Part shown: positions 48,558-57,335 of the stretch, piece by piece
How the letters are laid out: the number at the start of each line of letters is the position of its first letter
Position numbering within the stretch: position 1 is the first letter of the stretch
Source of the DNA: Nitrososphaeria archaeon
GTDB taxonomy: Archaea; Thermoproteota; Nitrososphaeria; Geothermarchaeales; JDFR-13
Length of the DNA stretch: 64,000 nucleotides
Reading direction: 5' to 3'
Assembly: GCA_027078545.1 (NCBI GenBank)
Contig: JALWXN010000004.1
Location: 544,001 to 608,000, forward strand
Position numbers and translations under genes: made by a program
The notes under the pieces: generated by a model
Seen by the model: only the letters and a program-made list of their open reading frames with translations
Database searches by the model: none
Told to the model about the DNA's origin: nothing

Positions 48558-48992
48558 CTAGTCCCACTCCTCCCTAGGCTCCCTGATAAACTCTACCCTC
48601 ACCTTGCTGGGGACCAGCTTCTTATACCCCATGTATAGGAAGCCTATCCCGAATAGGATGCTTAGGGCGGTCTGTGGGGCCCAGTTGATAAGTGTCATCG
48701 GATCCTCAAGACCAACAAGGTATAGGGGGGCAAACTCGGCTATACCAGCTGCTATAGAGGCTATTGCCAGGGGGATATCCCTCTTCCAGCTGGGGGAGGT
48801 GAAGAAGAGTATTAGTAGGGTGACTAGTGCGAAGAGGAAGGATAGCCCAGCCACGGCATAGGTGGATATCGCCTCGAAGGGAGCTACCTCGCCGCCGGTC
48901 ATCATGTTGTAGAGCATTATGTTGCTGCTGATGATTAGGAAGAGTGATATTGCTATCCCTACCAGCTTCAGTATCACACTCATCCCCATCAA
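48558..48992 (-). CDS. Small hypothetical membrane protein (about 4 TM)
   Basis: Hydrophobic ORF with charged C-terminal tail. Confidence 0.6.
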   Translation of the reverse strand: MMGMSVILKLVGIAISLFLIISSNIMLYNMMTGGEVAPFEAISTYAVAGLSFLFALVTLLILFFTSPSWKRDIPLAIASIAAGIAEFAPLYLVGLEDPMTLINWAPQTALSILFGIGFLYMGYKKLVPSKVRVEFIREPREEWD

Positions 48993-49096
48993 GAGACTAG
49001 GCCGTCGACAGATATAAGGGGTGGTATCGAGCCGGCTCGACTGGCTTGTCGAGCGTAGGGTTAAAAAGCTCCTACCTAGTCTTAGATTAGAGGGTC

Positions 49097-49930
49097 GTGG
49101 TGGACAGTAGATGGATAGTAGTTGTCGGGGCAGGATCCGTAGGATCTACAGTGGTGCAGGGACTTGTTAGGAGTGGGTATAGGAGGGTCAAGATCATCGA
49201 CCTAGACATAGTGTCGAGGACGAGTCTTGATAGGTCCCCTGTATATACGTTGTCAGACCTCAACCTCTTCAAGGTGGAGGCTCTGAGGCGGCATGTATAT
49301 AGTGTAGACCCTACCGCCGAGATACGTCTCTACCCATACATGTTGACGGAGAATAACTACGCCAGGGTCTTTAGGGACTCCTCTCTAGTTATAGACACGA
49401 GCAACACGAGGGACACTACCGAGCTGGTTCTCCATGGGGCAGGTAGCCTAGGCATCCCCGTGGTGTCCCTGGTAGGTGGGGAGGGGGGCTATAGGGTCTT
49501 GCTGAACACTGGGCCTAGGCAGGACGTTGAGCAGGTATATAGTGGCTTGGAGGGGCAGCCCGGGATCGCCAAGGTCTTACAGATGGCCTCGGAGGCACTG
49601 GAGAGGGTCGGGAGTGGGCTTGGCAGGAGGGTAAACAGGTATCCAAGACCCGGGGGGAGCTTCCGATACATGGGTATAGAGGACACCTTCTTCTTCACCC
49701 CTGACGAGAGGGTATCGATAGATATTGAGGGACTCACCCGTGAGGTGGCGAGGAGATACATACTGTTGAGGAGGGGCGACGTGGGCCTAGTCTTCGAGGT
49801 GGATAGGGATGTAGTCGCTGGTGTGACCTATGCGGGGGGCCTCATGGTGAAGGGCGGGGATCTAGACATGGCTGAGGACTTGGCTAGGAACCTAGTCGAC
49901 GACATGATATACAAGTACGTGGTTGAGTAG
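49097..49930 (+). CDS. Divergent ThiF/MoeB/E1-family protein lacking all cysteines
   Basis: VVGAGSVG nucleotide loop, IIDLDIV..SLDR, KVEAL; no CxxC or catalytic Cys. Confidence 0.75.
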   Translation: MVDSRWIVVVGAGSVGSTVVQGLVRSGYRRVKIIDLDIVSRTSLDRSPVYTLSDLNLFKVEALRRHVYSVDPTAEIRLYPYMLTENNYARVFRDSSLVIDTSNTRDTTELVLHGAGSLGIPVVSLVGGEGGYRVLLNTGPRQDVEQVYSGLEGQPGIAKVLQMASEALERVGSGLGRRVNRYPRPGGSFRYMGIEDTFFFTPDERVSIDIEGLTREVARRYILLRRGDVGLVFEVDRDVVAGVTYAGGLMVKGGDLDMAEDLARNLVDDMIYKYVVE

Positions 49931-49933
49931 GCC

Positions 49934-50542
49934 CTAGAGATAGTCCTTCAACCCTGCTAGACGGGTTGATAAGAGGTAGAAGGCCACGCCATAGATGACT
50001 AGGGTCAGCAGGACGACTGGCTCGTCGGGGTATGGATGGACGAGGCCTAGGATCACGTGGGATGGGAGTACATAGCCCGGCAGCTCTATTGGAAGGGTCA
50101 GTAACCCAGCCTCTATCAATAGGCTGAGGATTATTATGCTGGTTACCTTGGCCCTCAGCCCCCTACCCATGTAGATATATGTCGTCACCAGCAGGGATAG
50201 GGAGGCCGCTGCCAGTAGCCCTCCGAGGAGATCCCATGCCCAGAGGATGTGTGAGGCTAGGACGAGTGGGAGTAGTGAGAGTAGGATGGCTGTCGCCTCA
50301 CTCCTGAGCAGTTCATACCTCGTTATTGGGAGGGACAGTAGGAGTACTGGGTCATCCCTAAACCTCCTCACCCCGAGGTATGTTATGGATACTGCTAGGA
50401 GTATAGCCGGTATCAGTGGCCATCTACCGAGTCCTAGGACATGGATAGCTATGGGTGATGCGTATATCGCTATGAGTATGGCTCCCCATACACCTCTATA
50501 TACCTCACTTAGAATCAGGGTGGTCAGTATCCGTGCCGCCAA
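49934..50542 (-). CDS. Hydrophobic ABC-2-type permease-like protein
   Basis: About 6 TM, LLSLPITRYEL motif; follows an ABC-ATPase-like gene. Confidence 0.55.
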   Translation of the reverse strand: MAARILTTLILSEVYRGVWGAILIAIYASPIAIHVLGLGRWPLIPAILLAVSITYLGVRRFRDDPVLLLSLPITRYELLRSEATAILLSLLPLVLASHILWAWDLLGGLLAAASLSLLVTTYIYMGRGLRAKVTSIIILSLLIEAGLLTLPIELPGYVLPSHVILGLVHPYPDEPVVLLTLVIYGVAFYLLSTRLAGLKDYL

Positions 50543-51109
50543 CTACACCACCGGGAAGACGTCGAGCTTACCCCCCTCCATATAACCCCTATAGTCATAC
50601 CTCGTCCCATCATCAGGCTCTCTAGAGGTTGTTATGAGTGTAGCCCCAGCCTCCTCGAGATAGCTGTTTAACAGTCTCCTGGAGCCACTGTCTAGGTCCT
50701 CCACACCATCTATAATCACTAGGCCGGGCCTCTTCATCAGCTGTAGCCTTAGAAGAATGTTCTTATCTAGTTCTCCAGCGTTGCCTGTCCCACCTATCTC
50801 TAGGCCGTGTAGGGAGCTGTATAGAGATATGTATATCCCTGGATCCATCTTACCAGCTATCCTCTGGGGTATGAAACATGTTCTCCGTAGGATCTCCGAC
50901 CTATGGTTCAAGGGATCCATACCGCCTATCTGGACTATCCCAGCATCCCTTACAACTATGTCGACCAGGCTTAGTAGGAGGACGGTCTTGCCTGAGCCGG
51001 GTGGGCCATAGATGTTTATCCTCTCACCACTCCTAAGCCTTATGGTCGCCCCCCTCACCACCTCCTTCCCCGCCAACCACTTCCTCAGCCTCTCCACCCT
51101 TACCTCCAC
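50543..51109 (-). CDS. Degenerate ABC ATPase-like protein
   Basis: Walker A GPPGSGKT and FIPQ kept; signature, catalytic Glu and H-loop altered; only 188 aa. Confidence 0.6.
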   Translation of the reverse strand: MEVRVERLRKWLAGKEVVRGATIRLRSGERINIYGPPGSGKTVLLLSLVDIVVRDAGIVQIGGMDPLNHRSEILRRTCFIPQRIAGKMDPGIYISLYSSLHGLEIGGTGNAGELDKNILLRLQLMKRPGLVIIDGVEDLDSGSRRLLNSYLEEAGATLITTSREPDDGTRYDYRGYMEGGKLDVFPVV

Positions 51110-52049
51110 CGCGGTCCACCACTGAGAGGATTATCGATCCGAGTAGGATCGTCATGACGATTGCTATTGAAAGTGTTGTCTCGATCTTGTAAATATTTAG
51201 TCCGTTCAGGATCATCTTCGCACCTAGATATGTCAGTATGATGGAGAGCCCCTTACCGACATACTTGAAGTGGAGGACTGTTAGGGATACTAGTGAGTAT
51301 AGAGCCCTAAGCCCGAGGACGGCCGAGATGTTTGAGGTGTATGCTATGAGGAAGTCGGTAGTTATGGCTAGGACCGCGGGGACACTGTCTACAGCGAATA
51401 TTATGTCGGTGGTCTCGATGGCTATCAAGACTAGAACTAGGGGTGTGAGGTATAGCTTCCCATTCTTCCTCACTATGAACTTGTATCCCTCATACCCCTC
51501 GTAGATGGGTAGGTACTTCCTAGCCAGCCTGATTATCGGGTTCTTCTCAGGCTCAACCTTCATCTCATGGCTCCTGAGCAGTTTATACCCGCTGTAGAAG
51601 AGTATCAGGCCGAATATCACGACTGTGAAGTGGTACTGCTCGATGAGGACAATGCCTCCATATATGAATAGGGCTCTGAAGATGACCGCCGTTATTATAC
51701 CTACATAGAGGACGACTGGCTGGACATTCTCAGGGACAGAGAAGTAGCTGAATATGATTGCGAAGACGAAGAGGTTATCCATGCTCAGCATCTTCTCGAT
51801 TAGGAATGCTGCGTAGTATAGCCCGGCCTCTACAGGCCCCATCAACCAGAATATGACGCCTCCCCAGGCCACACCCACCCCTATCCATATAATGGTCCAG
51901 AGGGTGGCCTCCCTAAATGTGAGCTCCTCCCTATGGGTTGCGGAGTATAGGTCTATAATGATGAAGATCGCGACTACGAGGTGATACACTATCCAAAACT
52001 CGAGGGTGACCCACTCGGGGAGGCTTGCACTCCCATTGGTTACAGCCAT
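51033..52049 (-). CDS. terC: TerC/Alx-family membrane protein (metal homeostasis)
   Basis: EKMLSMDNLFVF, FRALFI, IETTDIIFAVDSVPAV, YTSNISAVLGLRALY. Confidence 0.92.
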   Translation of the reverse strand: MAVTNGSASLPEWVTLEFWIVYHLVVAIFIIIDLYSATHREELTFREATLWTIIWIGVGVAWGGVIFWLMGPVEAGLYYAAFLIEKMLSMDNLFVFAIIFSYFSVPENVQPVVLYVGIITAVIFRALFIYGGIVLIEQYHFTVVIFGLILFYSGYKLLRSHEMKVEPEKNPIIRLARKYLPIYEGYEGYKFIVRKNGKLYLTPLVLVLIAIETTDIIFAVDSVPAVLAITTDFLIAYTSNISAVLGLRALYSLVSLTVLHFKYVGKGLSIILTYLGAKMILNGLNIYKIETTLSIAIVMTILLGSIILSVVDRGGGKGGEAEEVVGGEGGGEGGDHKA

Positions 52050-52235
52050 ATCTATACACCCACGTCTCGGATTTACTCTGAATTAAGGAGGCCCCACGAT
52101 TTAAAGCGATGGAATATAGCTGGGTATGTCAATATTGAAGGGCTTCCTGAGGATACACAATCTACGCATATTCGGAGAATATGTATATAATATATCCCTG
52201 ACACTTTACAGGGGTGTCAACCCTATAGACTGGGC

Positions 52236-54374
52236 ATGAATAAACGTTCCCTATACATAGCTTTTGCAGTATCCCTCCTGGTTCTGCTCTGGGTATCTCC
52301 CACCTTTACTAGCGATGTCTCCGCCTTTACTTGTAATGTGCCAACAGGTGTTCCCGACGTATCTACCGCCCTCTCCCTTGGCTGCAACGAGATAATCTTT
52401 ACCGGTGATGTGGTGGATACTGGTCAGGCTACAGTCACGGGGGTGGGGATTGGCTTCACAGATATAATTTTAAGGGGTAATGGTCATAGCCTCGTCATAA
52501 CACCCTTCTCGCCTCCATACATCTCTCTCCAGGATATATCCAGCCTGAGGATCTATAACCTAGATATCCAGATAAGACTGGGTAGTGGAACGATCTTCGA
52601 CTTGGTGAACACCAGCCTCTATCTAGCCAACGTATCGATCTCCTCCACACTCACTGGTACAGTCTTCAGCCAGACCACGTACAATGTATCGGCATACCTC
52701 TCCAATGTTAACGCCTCAAACATGGGGAGCTACTCAACCTTCCTATATCAATACTCATTCCCCCCAGTATCTGGTCCGAGGATACATAGTAACACCATTG
52801 GGTCTAGGATCAACATATCGGGGTATAGCTACGCGCTCTCCTCCCTAATAATGGGCAACTATTCACTGGAGAATGTCTGGACTGATGGTGCGACTATTCT
52901 ACAGCCATATATCATGGATTCTCCAAGTGGGATGGTGTCTATCGAGAACTATAACGCGTCGTTAGACCCCTCTAGCCCGGTTCTATATCCATTAAGTATT
53001 AATCAGGCCGGGAATACGGGATCTCTGGCAATTGATATTGAGAACCTAAGTATAGTTGGCCCCTTCCAAGATGGCTTATCCATAATGTTCAGAAACCGTG
53101 ATGCGACAAACATCAGCCTCTTCAGAGCCGTTATTTCAAATCCTGCGTTGTCTGGTCAGAACGGGATATACATCTTCAACATGAGGGGTACTGGAACACA
53201 TGGCCCTGTAAGAATGAATATCTCCAGCGTCTATGTATCGGGAGTTGAATATGGAGTGGCGATGGGTAATGTTGTCACCTTCCCCACACCTCTCGGCCCT
53301 ATAGAGGAGGCTTACTACTACCTGGACAACTCGACTATCGAGGCGTCTTTGGTCGGCGTGATTCTAACCACAACTCTTAATAGTGAGGCTTATGCATTGA
53401 TAAGGGACACTGTTGTAGAATCCGGGGGGTATGGAATAATCTATTACACACTTGATGAGGCCTCCATAAGGATCGTCGATACAAACACATCCTCGGTTCT
53501 GGAGGGTCTCTACCTATTCCTCATAAATTATGACCCAACAACACCCCGTATCGATCTCGAGACTATGTGGTGGTTTGATGAGAGGCTTTCGAGCTATCCA
53601 TACTCCTTCTCTATTGTGGAGTATCCCTTCTACGACGGCTCGCCCAGCGTATTCTTCAACATATCCTATAGCTTGATTGATCGGTTCGACGCCTCGATGG
53701 GTAGTGGCGTCCTCTACGAGACGGTTTATAATCCGTATGGTAGCCTGGGTAGCCCTAGGAGTATATGGACGTTGAACGTCCAGGTTCTGAGCAGCTATAC
53801 GGGTCTGCCGGTCTCAGGGCTCAGGATCGACTACTGGGAGGACGGTGTATACGTCGGCTCAGCCTTTACAGGTGGTGATGGGAACTCATACTTCACCTTC
53901 GACTATATATTCGACCCTGCTGACCCCTTCATCCAGGACCTGGTATTCACGATATCCACTTCATACTTTAGCGGGTCGTGGAGCTATAGGCTCGACTTCG
54001 GGATATTGACCACCCTACCGAGCTGGTATGACAAGATCATCCTCTACCTACCCATACTTGCGATCAAGGCCTACGGCATGCTAGACCATATACCAGCTGT
54101 TATGACGGTTATGGGTGATAGTGGGGTCATCCTCCTATTCGCCGACTCTGGGAGTATGATACGCTTCCTCTTCGGGGATAGGGATGTCCCATACAAGCTG
54201 GTACGCGTCAGGATCCTCGACATGACTAACTATGGCATCTATATCGTGGCAGAGGCGGTACTTGAGAACCACCTCCCATGGAGCCAGCCTGTGAGGATGT
54301 GGATACTTCCGGGCCAGGGGATCCTTAGGATTCATGGCCCAGCCGACGCTATATTCTACCTGGTAGGCCGCTGA
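52236..54374 (+). CDS. Large exported beta-rich (beta-helix/surface-layer-like) protein
   Basis: Signal peptide; Ser/Thr/Asn/Tyr-rich with repeating short beta-strands and many N-x-S/T sequons. Confidence 0.6.
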   Translation: MNKRSLYIAFAVSLLVLLWVSPTFTSDVSAFTCNVPTGVPDVSTALSLGCNEIIFTGDVVDTGQATVTGVGIGFTDIILRGNGHSLVITPFSPPYISLQDISSLRIYNLDIQIRLGSGTIFDLVNTSLYLANVSISSTLTGTVFSQTTYNVSAYLSNVNASNMGSYSTFLYQYSFPPVSGPRIHSNTIGSRINISGYSYALSSLIMGNYSLENVWTDGATILQPYIMDSPSGMVSIENYNASLDPSSPVLYPLSINQAGNTGSLAIDIENLSIVGPFQDGLSIMFRNRDATNISLFRAVISNPALSGQNGIYIFNMRGTGTHGPVRMNISSVYVSGVEYGVAMGNVVTFPTPLGPIEEAYYYLDNSTIEASLVGVILTTTLNSEAYALIRDTVVESGGYGIIYYTLDEASIRIVDTNTSSVLEGLYLFLINYDPTTPRIDLETMWWFDERLSSYPYSFSIVEYPFYDGSPSVFFNISYSLIDRFDASMGSGVLYETVYNPYGSLGSPRSIWTLNVQVLSSYTGLPVSGLRIDYWEDGVYVGSAFTGGDGNSYFTFDYIFDPADPFIQDLVFTISTSYFSGSWSYRLDFGILTTLPSWYDKIILYLPILAIKAYGMLDHIPAVMTVMGDSGVILLFADSGSMIRFLFGDRDVPYKLVRVRILDMTNYGIYIVAEAVLENHLPWSQPVRMWILPGQGILRIHGPADAIFYLVGR

Positions 54375-54403
54375 ATTATTTTGGAAGGGCTCTATAGAAT
54401 CTA

Positions 54404-54466
54404 GTGGTGATGATGAGGCGGTGGCTGCTGGACACTGGATGAAGAGATGAAGCGACTCTGAACCGC
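54404..54466 (+). ncRNA. C/D-box sRNA (2'-O-methylation guide)
   Basis: Stem GTGGT/ACCGC; C ATGATGA 54410-16; 12-nt guide GGCGGTGGCTGC; D' TGGA; C' ATGAAGA 54439-45; 12-nt guide GATGAAGCGACT; D CTGA 54458-61. Confidence 0.75.
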
Positions 54467-54593
54467 CTTTCCACTTATCAAGTTAGCAATATAAGAACCT
54501 GACTATTGACAGGCCAATCTGGGTAACAACTTAAATTATAAGTATATAGGATTATTAATCGATGAAGAAGTTACTTAAGGGGGTGACTAAGCT

Positions 54594-55133
54594 GTGAACG
54601 CTAAGGTAATAGCAGGAGTGGTAGTGGGAGTACTAGCTGTCGCGATAATCCTCATAGGAATGATGCCGCAGGAAGGGAGAACAGTTGAAGTTGAACTGGG
54701 AGACTTCATCTTCATCTTCAAAGATGTCGAGGAGCCGCTGAGGGTAAAGGCTGGCGAGAGTGTGACCTTCAAAATAACTAACAGAGGCGGATTTACGCAC
54801 GAGTTCATGGTTGTGTCAGAAGACATGAAAAACATTATGTTTATGAGGGCCCAGGAACTGTTCCAGGAGCTGATGGATCAGGGTCTTGAGGGAGAGGAAT
54901 TGATAGAAACATTTGAGAAAGAGTTCGCACACCGAGAGGAGGCTTCAGAGGCGGGTGCTGCCGGTATGCTTGGCGAAGCGGTTCTTGAGCCTGGGGAGTC
55001 CACAGAACTAACAATAATGTTTGAGAAGCCAGGGACATATTACGTGGTTTGTTTTGAGGTTGAGGGGACCGGACAGGCTGGAAAGACGCATGCGGATCAG
55101 GGCATGATATTCAAAATTGTTGTTGAGGAGTAG
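54594..55133 (+). CDS. Membrane-anchored cupredoxin (CopI/plastocyanin-like type 1 copper protein)
   Basis: N-terminal TM; VKAGESVTF.ITN.G..HEF; PGTYYVVC...H...GM ligands. Confidence 0.85.
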   Translation: MNAKVIAGVVVGVLAVAIILIGMMPQEGRTVEVELGDFIFIFKDVEEPLRVKAGESVTFKITNRGGFTHEFMVVSEDMKNIMFMRAQELFQELMDQGLEGEELIETFEKEFAHREEASEAGAAGMLGEAVLEPGESTELTIMFEKPGTYYVVCFEVEGTGQAGKTHADQGMIFKIVVEE

Positions 55134-55218
55134 GATAGGATCTAGCGACTTGGAATAACACCCTTCTTTTTTATCAAATCCTGACTTATATCGAGAGGCG
55201 AAGTATTTATCTACTGCA

Positions 55219-56355
55219 ATGTCTCTCCTGGGTAGGGTCGATATCGATCCTGAGAAACTTGAGAAAGCGACAGGCCTATACAGGGTTATTGATGAGGAGG
55301 GTAGGGTTGTAGGCGAGTTCCCTGATATTGGGGAGGAGGTTCTTAGGGATCTCCTACACTACATGATTAGGGCTCGTGTCCTCGATGAGTGGCTCCTCAG
55401 GCTCCAGAGGATGGGTAAGGTGGCTATACACGCCCCGAACAAGGGGCAGGAGGCTATCGTTGGGGCTGTATACCCGTTGAGGCCTGAGGACTGGGTCTTC
55501 CCCAGCTACCGAGACCTAGGCGTATACCTCGTGAGGGGGATGTCTGAGGAGGAGATCCTAGACAGGGCTCTTTATAACAGGGATGACCCCCTCAGAGGTA
55601 GTGACTTCGCGATATATGGGCATAGGAAGTATAACATGATCCCTACACCCGTCCCCGTGGGTAACCAGATCCCCCACGCTGTGGGGGCTGCCTATGCAAT
55701 GAAGTATAGGGGGCTGGACACCATCACGATGGTCATGTTTGGGGATGGGGCCACATCCCGCGGAGACTTCCACGCCGGCCTAAACTTTGCAGGTGTCTTC
55801 AAGACACCAACCGTCTTCGTATGTGAGAATAATCAGTGGGCGATCTCGGTACCGCTTAGGAGGCAGACTAGGGCCCCGACAATCGCCTTCAGGGCCCTCT
55901 CGTACGGGGTCGACGCTATCCGTGTCGATGGTAACGATGTGGTGGCTATGTATAAGACAGCTATAGACGCGATTACCCAGGCCCGTAGGGGGGAGCCCTT
56001 CTTCATAGAGATGGTGACGTATAGGCTTGGGAGCCACACCACGGCTGACGATCCCACGAGGTATAGGAGTGAGGAGGAGGTTAGGAGGATGGAGAGGTAT
56101 GAGCCCCTCAGGAGGCTGAGGAAGTATATGGAGGAGCATGGATACCTGAGGGAGGGTGAGTATGACGAGATCTATAAGATGTATTATGACCATGTGGAGA
56201 AGGCCGCCCGTGAGGCGTTGGAGAAGCCCCCGCTCCCCGAGGACGTCTTCTTCGAAAATGTGTATGGAGACAGGGTATGGGTCTTGGAGCTGGAGAAGGA
56301 GGAGTTCTACGAGAGTCTCAGGATAATGAAGGAGCTAGGCCTGGAGGTGGAGTAG
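55219..56355 (+). CDS. pdhA: 2-oxoacid (pyruvate/branched-chain) dehydrogenase E1 alpha
   Basis: GQEA, PSYR, TPP motif GDGATS...CENN, YRLGSHTTADD. Confidence 0.93.
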   Translation: MSLLGRVDIDPEKLEKATGLYRVIDEEGRVVGEFPDIGEEVLRDLLHYMIRARVLDEWLLRLQRMGKVAIHAPNKGQEAIVGAVYPLRPEDWVFPSYRDLGVYLVRGMSEEEILDRALYNRDDPLRGSDFAIYGHRKYNMIPTPVPVGNQIPHAVGAAYAMKYRGLDTITMVMFGDGATSRGDFHAGLNFAGVFKTPTVFVCENNQWAISVPLRRQTRAPTIAFRALSYGVDAIRVDGNDVVAMYKTAIDAITQARRGEPFFIEMVTYRLGSHTTADDPTRYRSEEEVRRMERYEPLRRLRKYMEEHGYLREGEYDEIYKMYYDHVEKAAREALEKPPLPEDVFFENVYGDRVWVLELEKEEFYESLRIMKELGLEVE

Positions 56356-56356
56356 G

Positions 56357-57334
56357 ATGCCCGTAATGAATATGGTCCAGGCCCTCAACACGGCCCTCCG
56401 TGAGGAGATGGAGAGGGACGACTCCGTCGTCGTCCTAGGCGAGGATGTAGGTAGGAGGGGCGGTGTATTCCTCGTAACGGAGGGCTTGATAGACATCTTC
56501 GGTGAGGAGAGGGTTATAGACACCCCTCTAACCGAGCTTGGTATAGTGGGCTTCGCTATTGGGATGGCGCTCAACGGGCTTAGACCAGTGGCTGAGATCC
56601 AGTTCATAGACTTTGTGTATGAGGCCTTCGACCAGATCGTGAGTAACGCAGCGAAGATAAGGTTTAGGACTGGCGGGATGTATAACGTCCCACTGGTGAT
56701 TAGGAGCCCCTGCTGCGGCGGCATCAAGGGTGGTATGCATCATAGCCAGAGCCCCGAGTCCTACTTCATACATACAGCCGGTCTATACACGGTTATGCCG
56801 AGCGGGCCGTACGACGCCAAGGGGCTCCTGAAGACTAGTATCAGGGTAGATGACCCCGTCATCTTCCTAGAGCCCAAGTCTATATACCGGACTGTTAAGG
56901 AGGAGGTGCCGGAGGAGGACTACACCATAGAGCTTGGGAGGGCTAAGAAGGTGTTGGAGGGTGGAGACGTAACCGTCGTAACCTGGGGAGCCATGGTACA
57001 CATGGTGAAGTCGGCCGCCGGCCTCATAAAGGAGAGGCTGGGGGCTGAGATAGAGGTCATCGATCTCAGGACACTCTTCCCCTTCGACAAGGACATGATC
57101 ATCGAGAGCCTGGAGAAGACTGGTAGGCTGATAGTCGTCCACGAGGCCCCGAAGACACTGGGGCTGGGGGCAGAGATAGCGGCCTTCATAGCTGAGCATC
57201 ACCCAGAGCTCCTCTACGGCCCAATCATAAGGGTCACCGGATACGACACGCCGTTCCCACTGGCCCATGAGAAGCTCTATATGCCCAACATAGCCAGGCT
57301 CTACCTGGCTGTGAAGAAGGTCCTAGAGTATTGA
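56357..57334 (+). CDS. pdhB: 2-oxoacid dehydrogenase E1 beta
   Basis: GEDV, DTPLTE, EIQF, HHSQSPE, IDLRTL. Confidence 0.94.
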   Translation: MPVMNMVQALNTALREEMERDDSVVVLGEDVGRRGGVFLVTEGLIDIFGEERVIDTPLTELGIVGFAIGMALNGLRPVAEIQFIDFVYEAFDQIVSNAAKIRFRTGGMYNVPLVIRSPCCGGIKGGMHHSQSPESYFIHTAGLYTVMPSGPYDAKGLLKTSIRVDDPVIFLEPKSIYRTVKEEVPEEDYTIELGRAKKVLEGGDVTVVTWGAMVHMVKSAAGLIKERLGAEIEVIDLRTLFPFDKDMIIESLEKTGRLIVVHEAPKTLGLGAEIAAFIAEHHPELLYGPIIRVTGYDTPFPLAHEKLYMPNIARLYLAVKKVLEY

Positions 57335-57335
57335 G

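Noticed and set aside
52050-52235. yybP-ykoY manganese riboswitch upstream of terC
   Set aside because: No recognisable conserved riboswitch core on the minus strand; an Rfam scan would settle it
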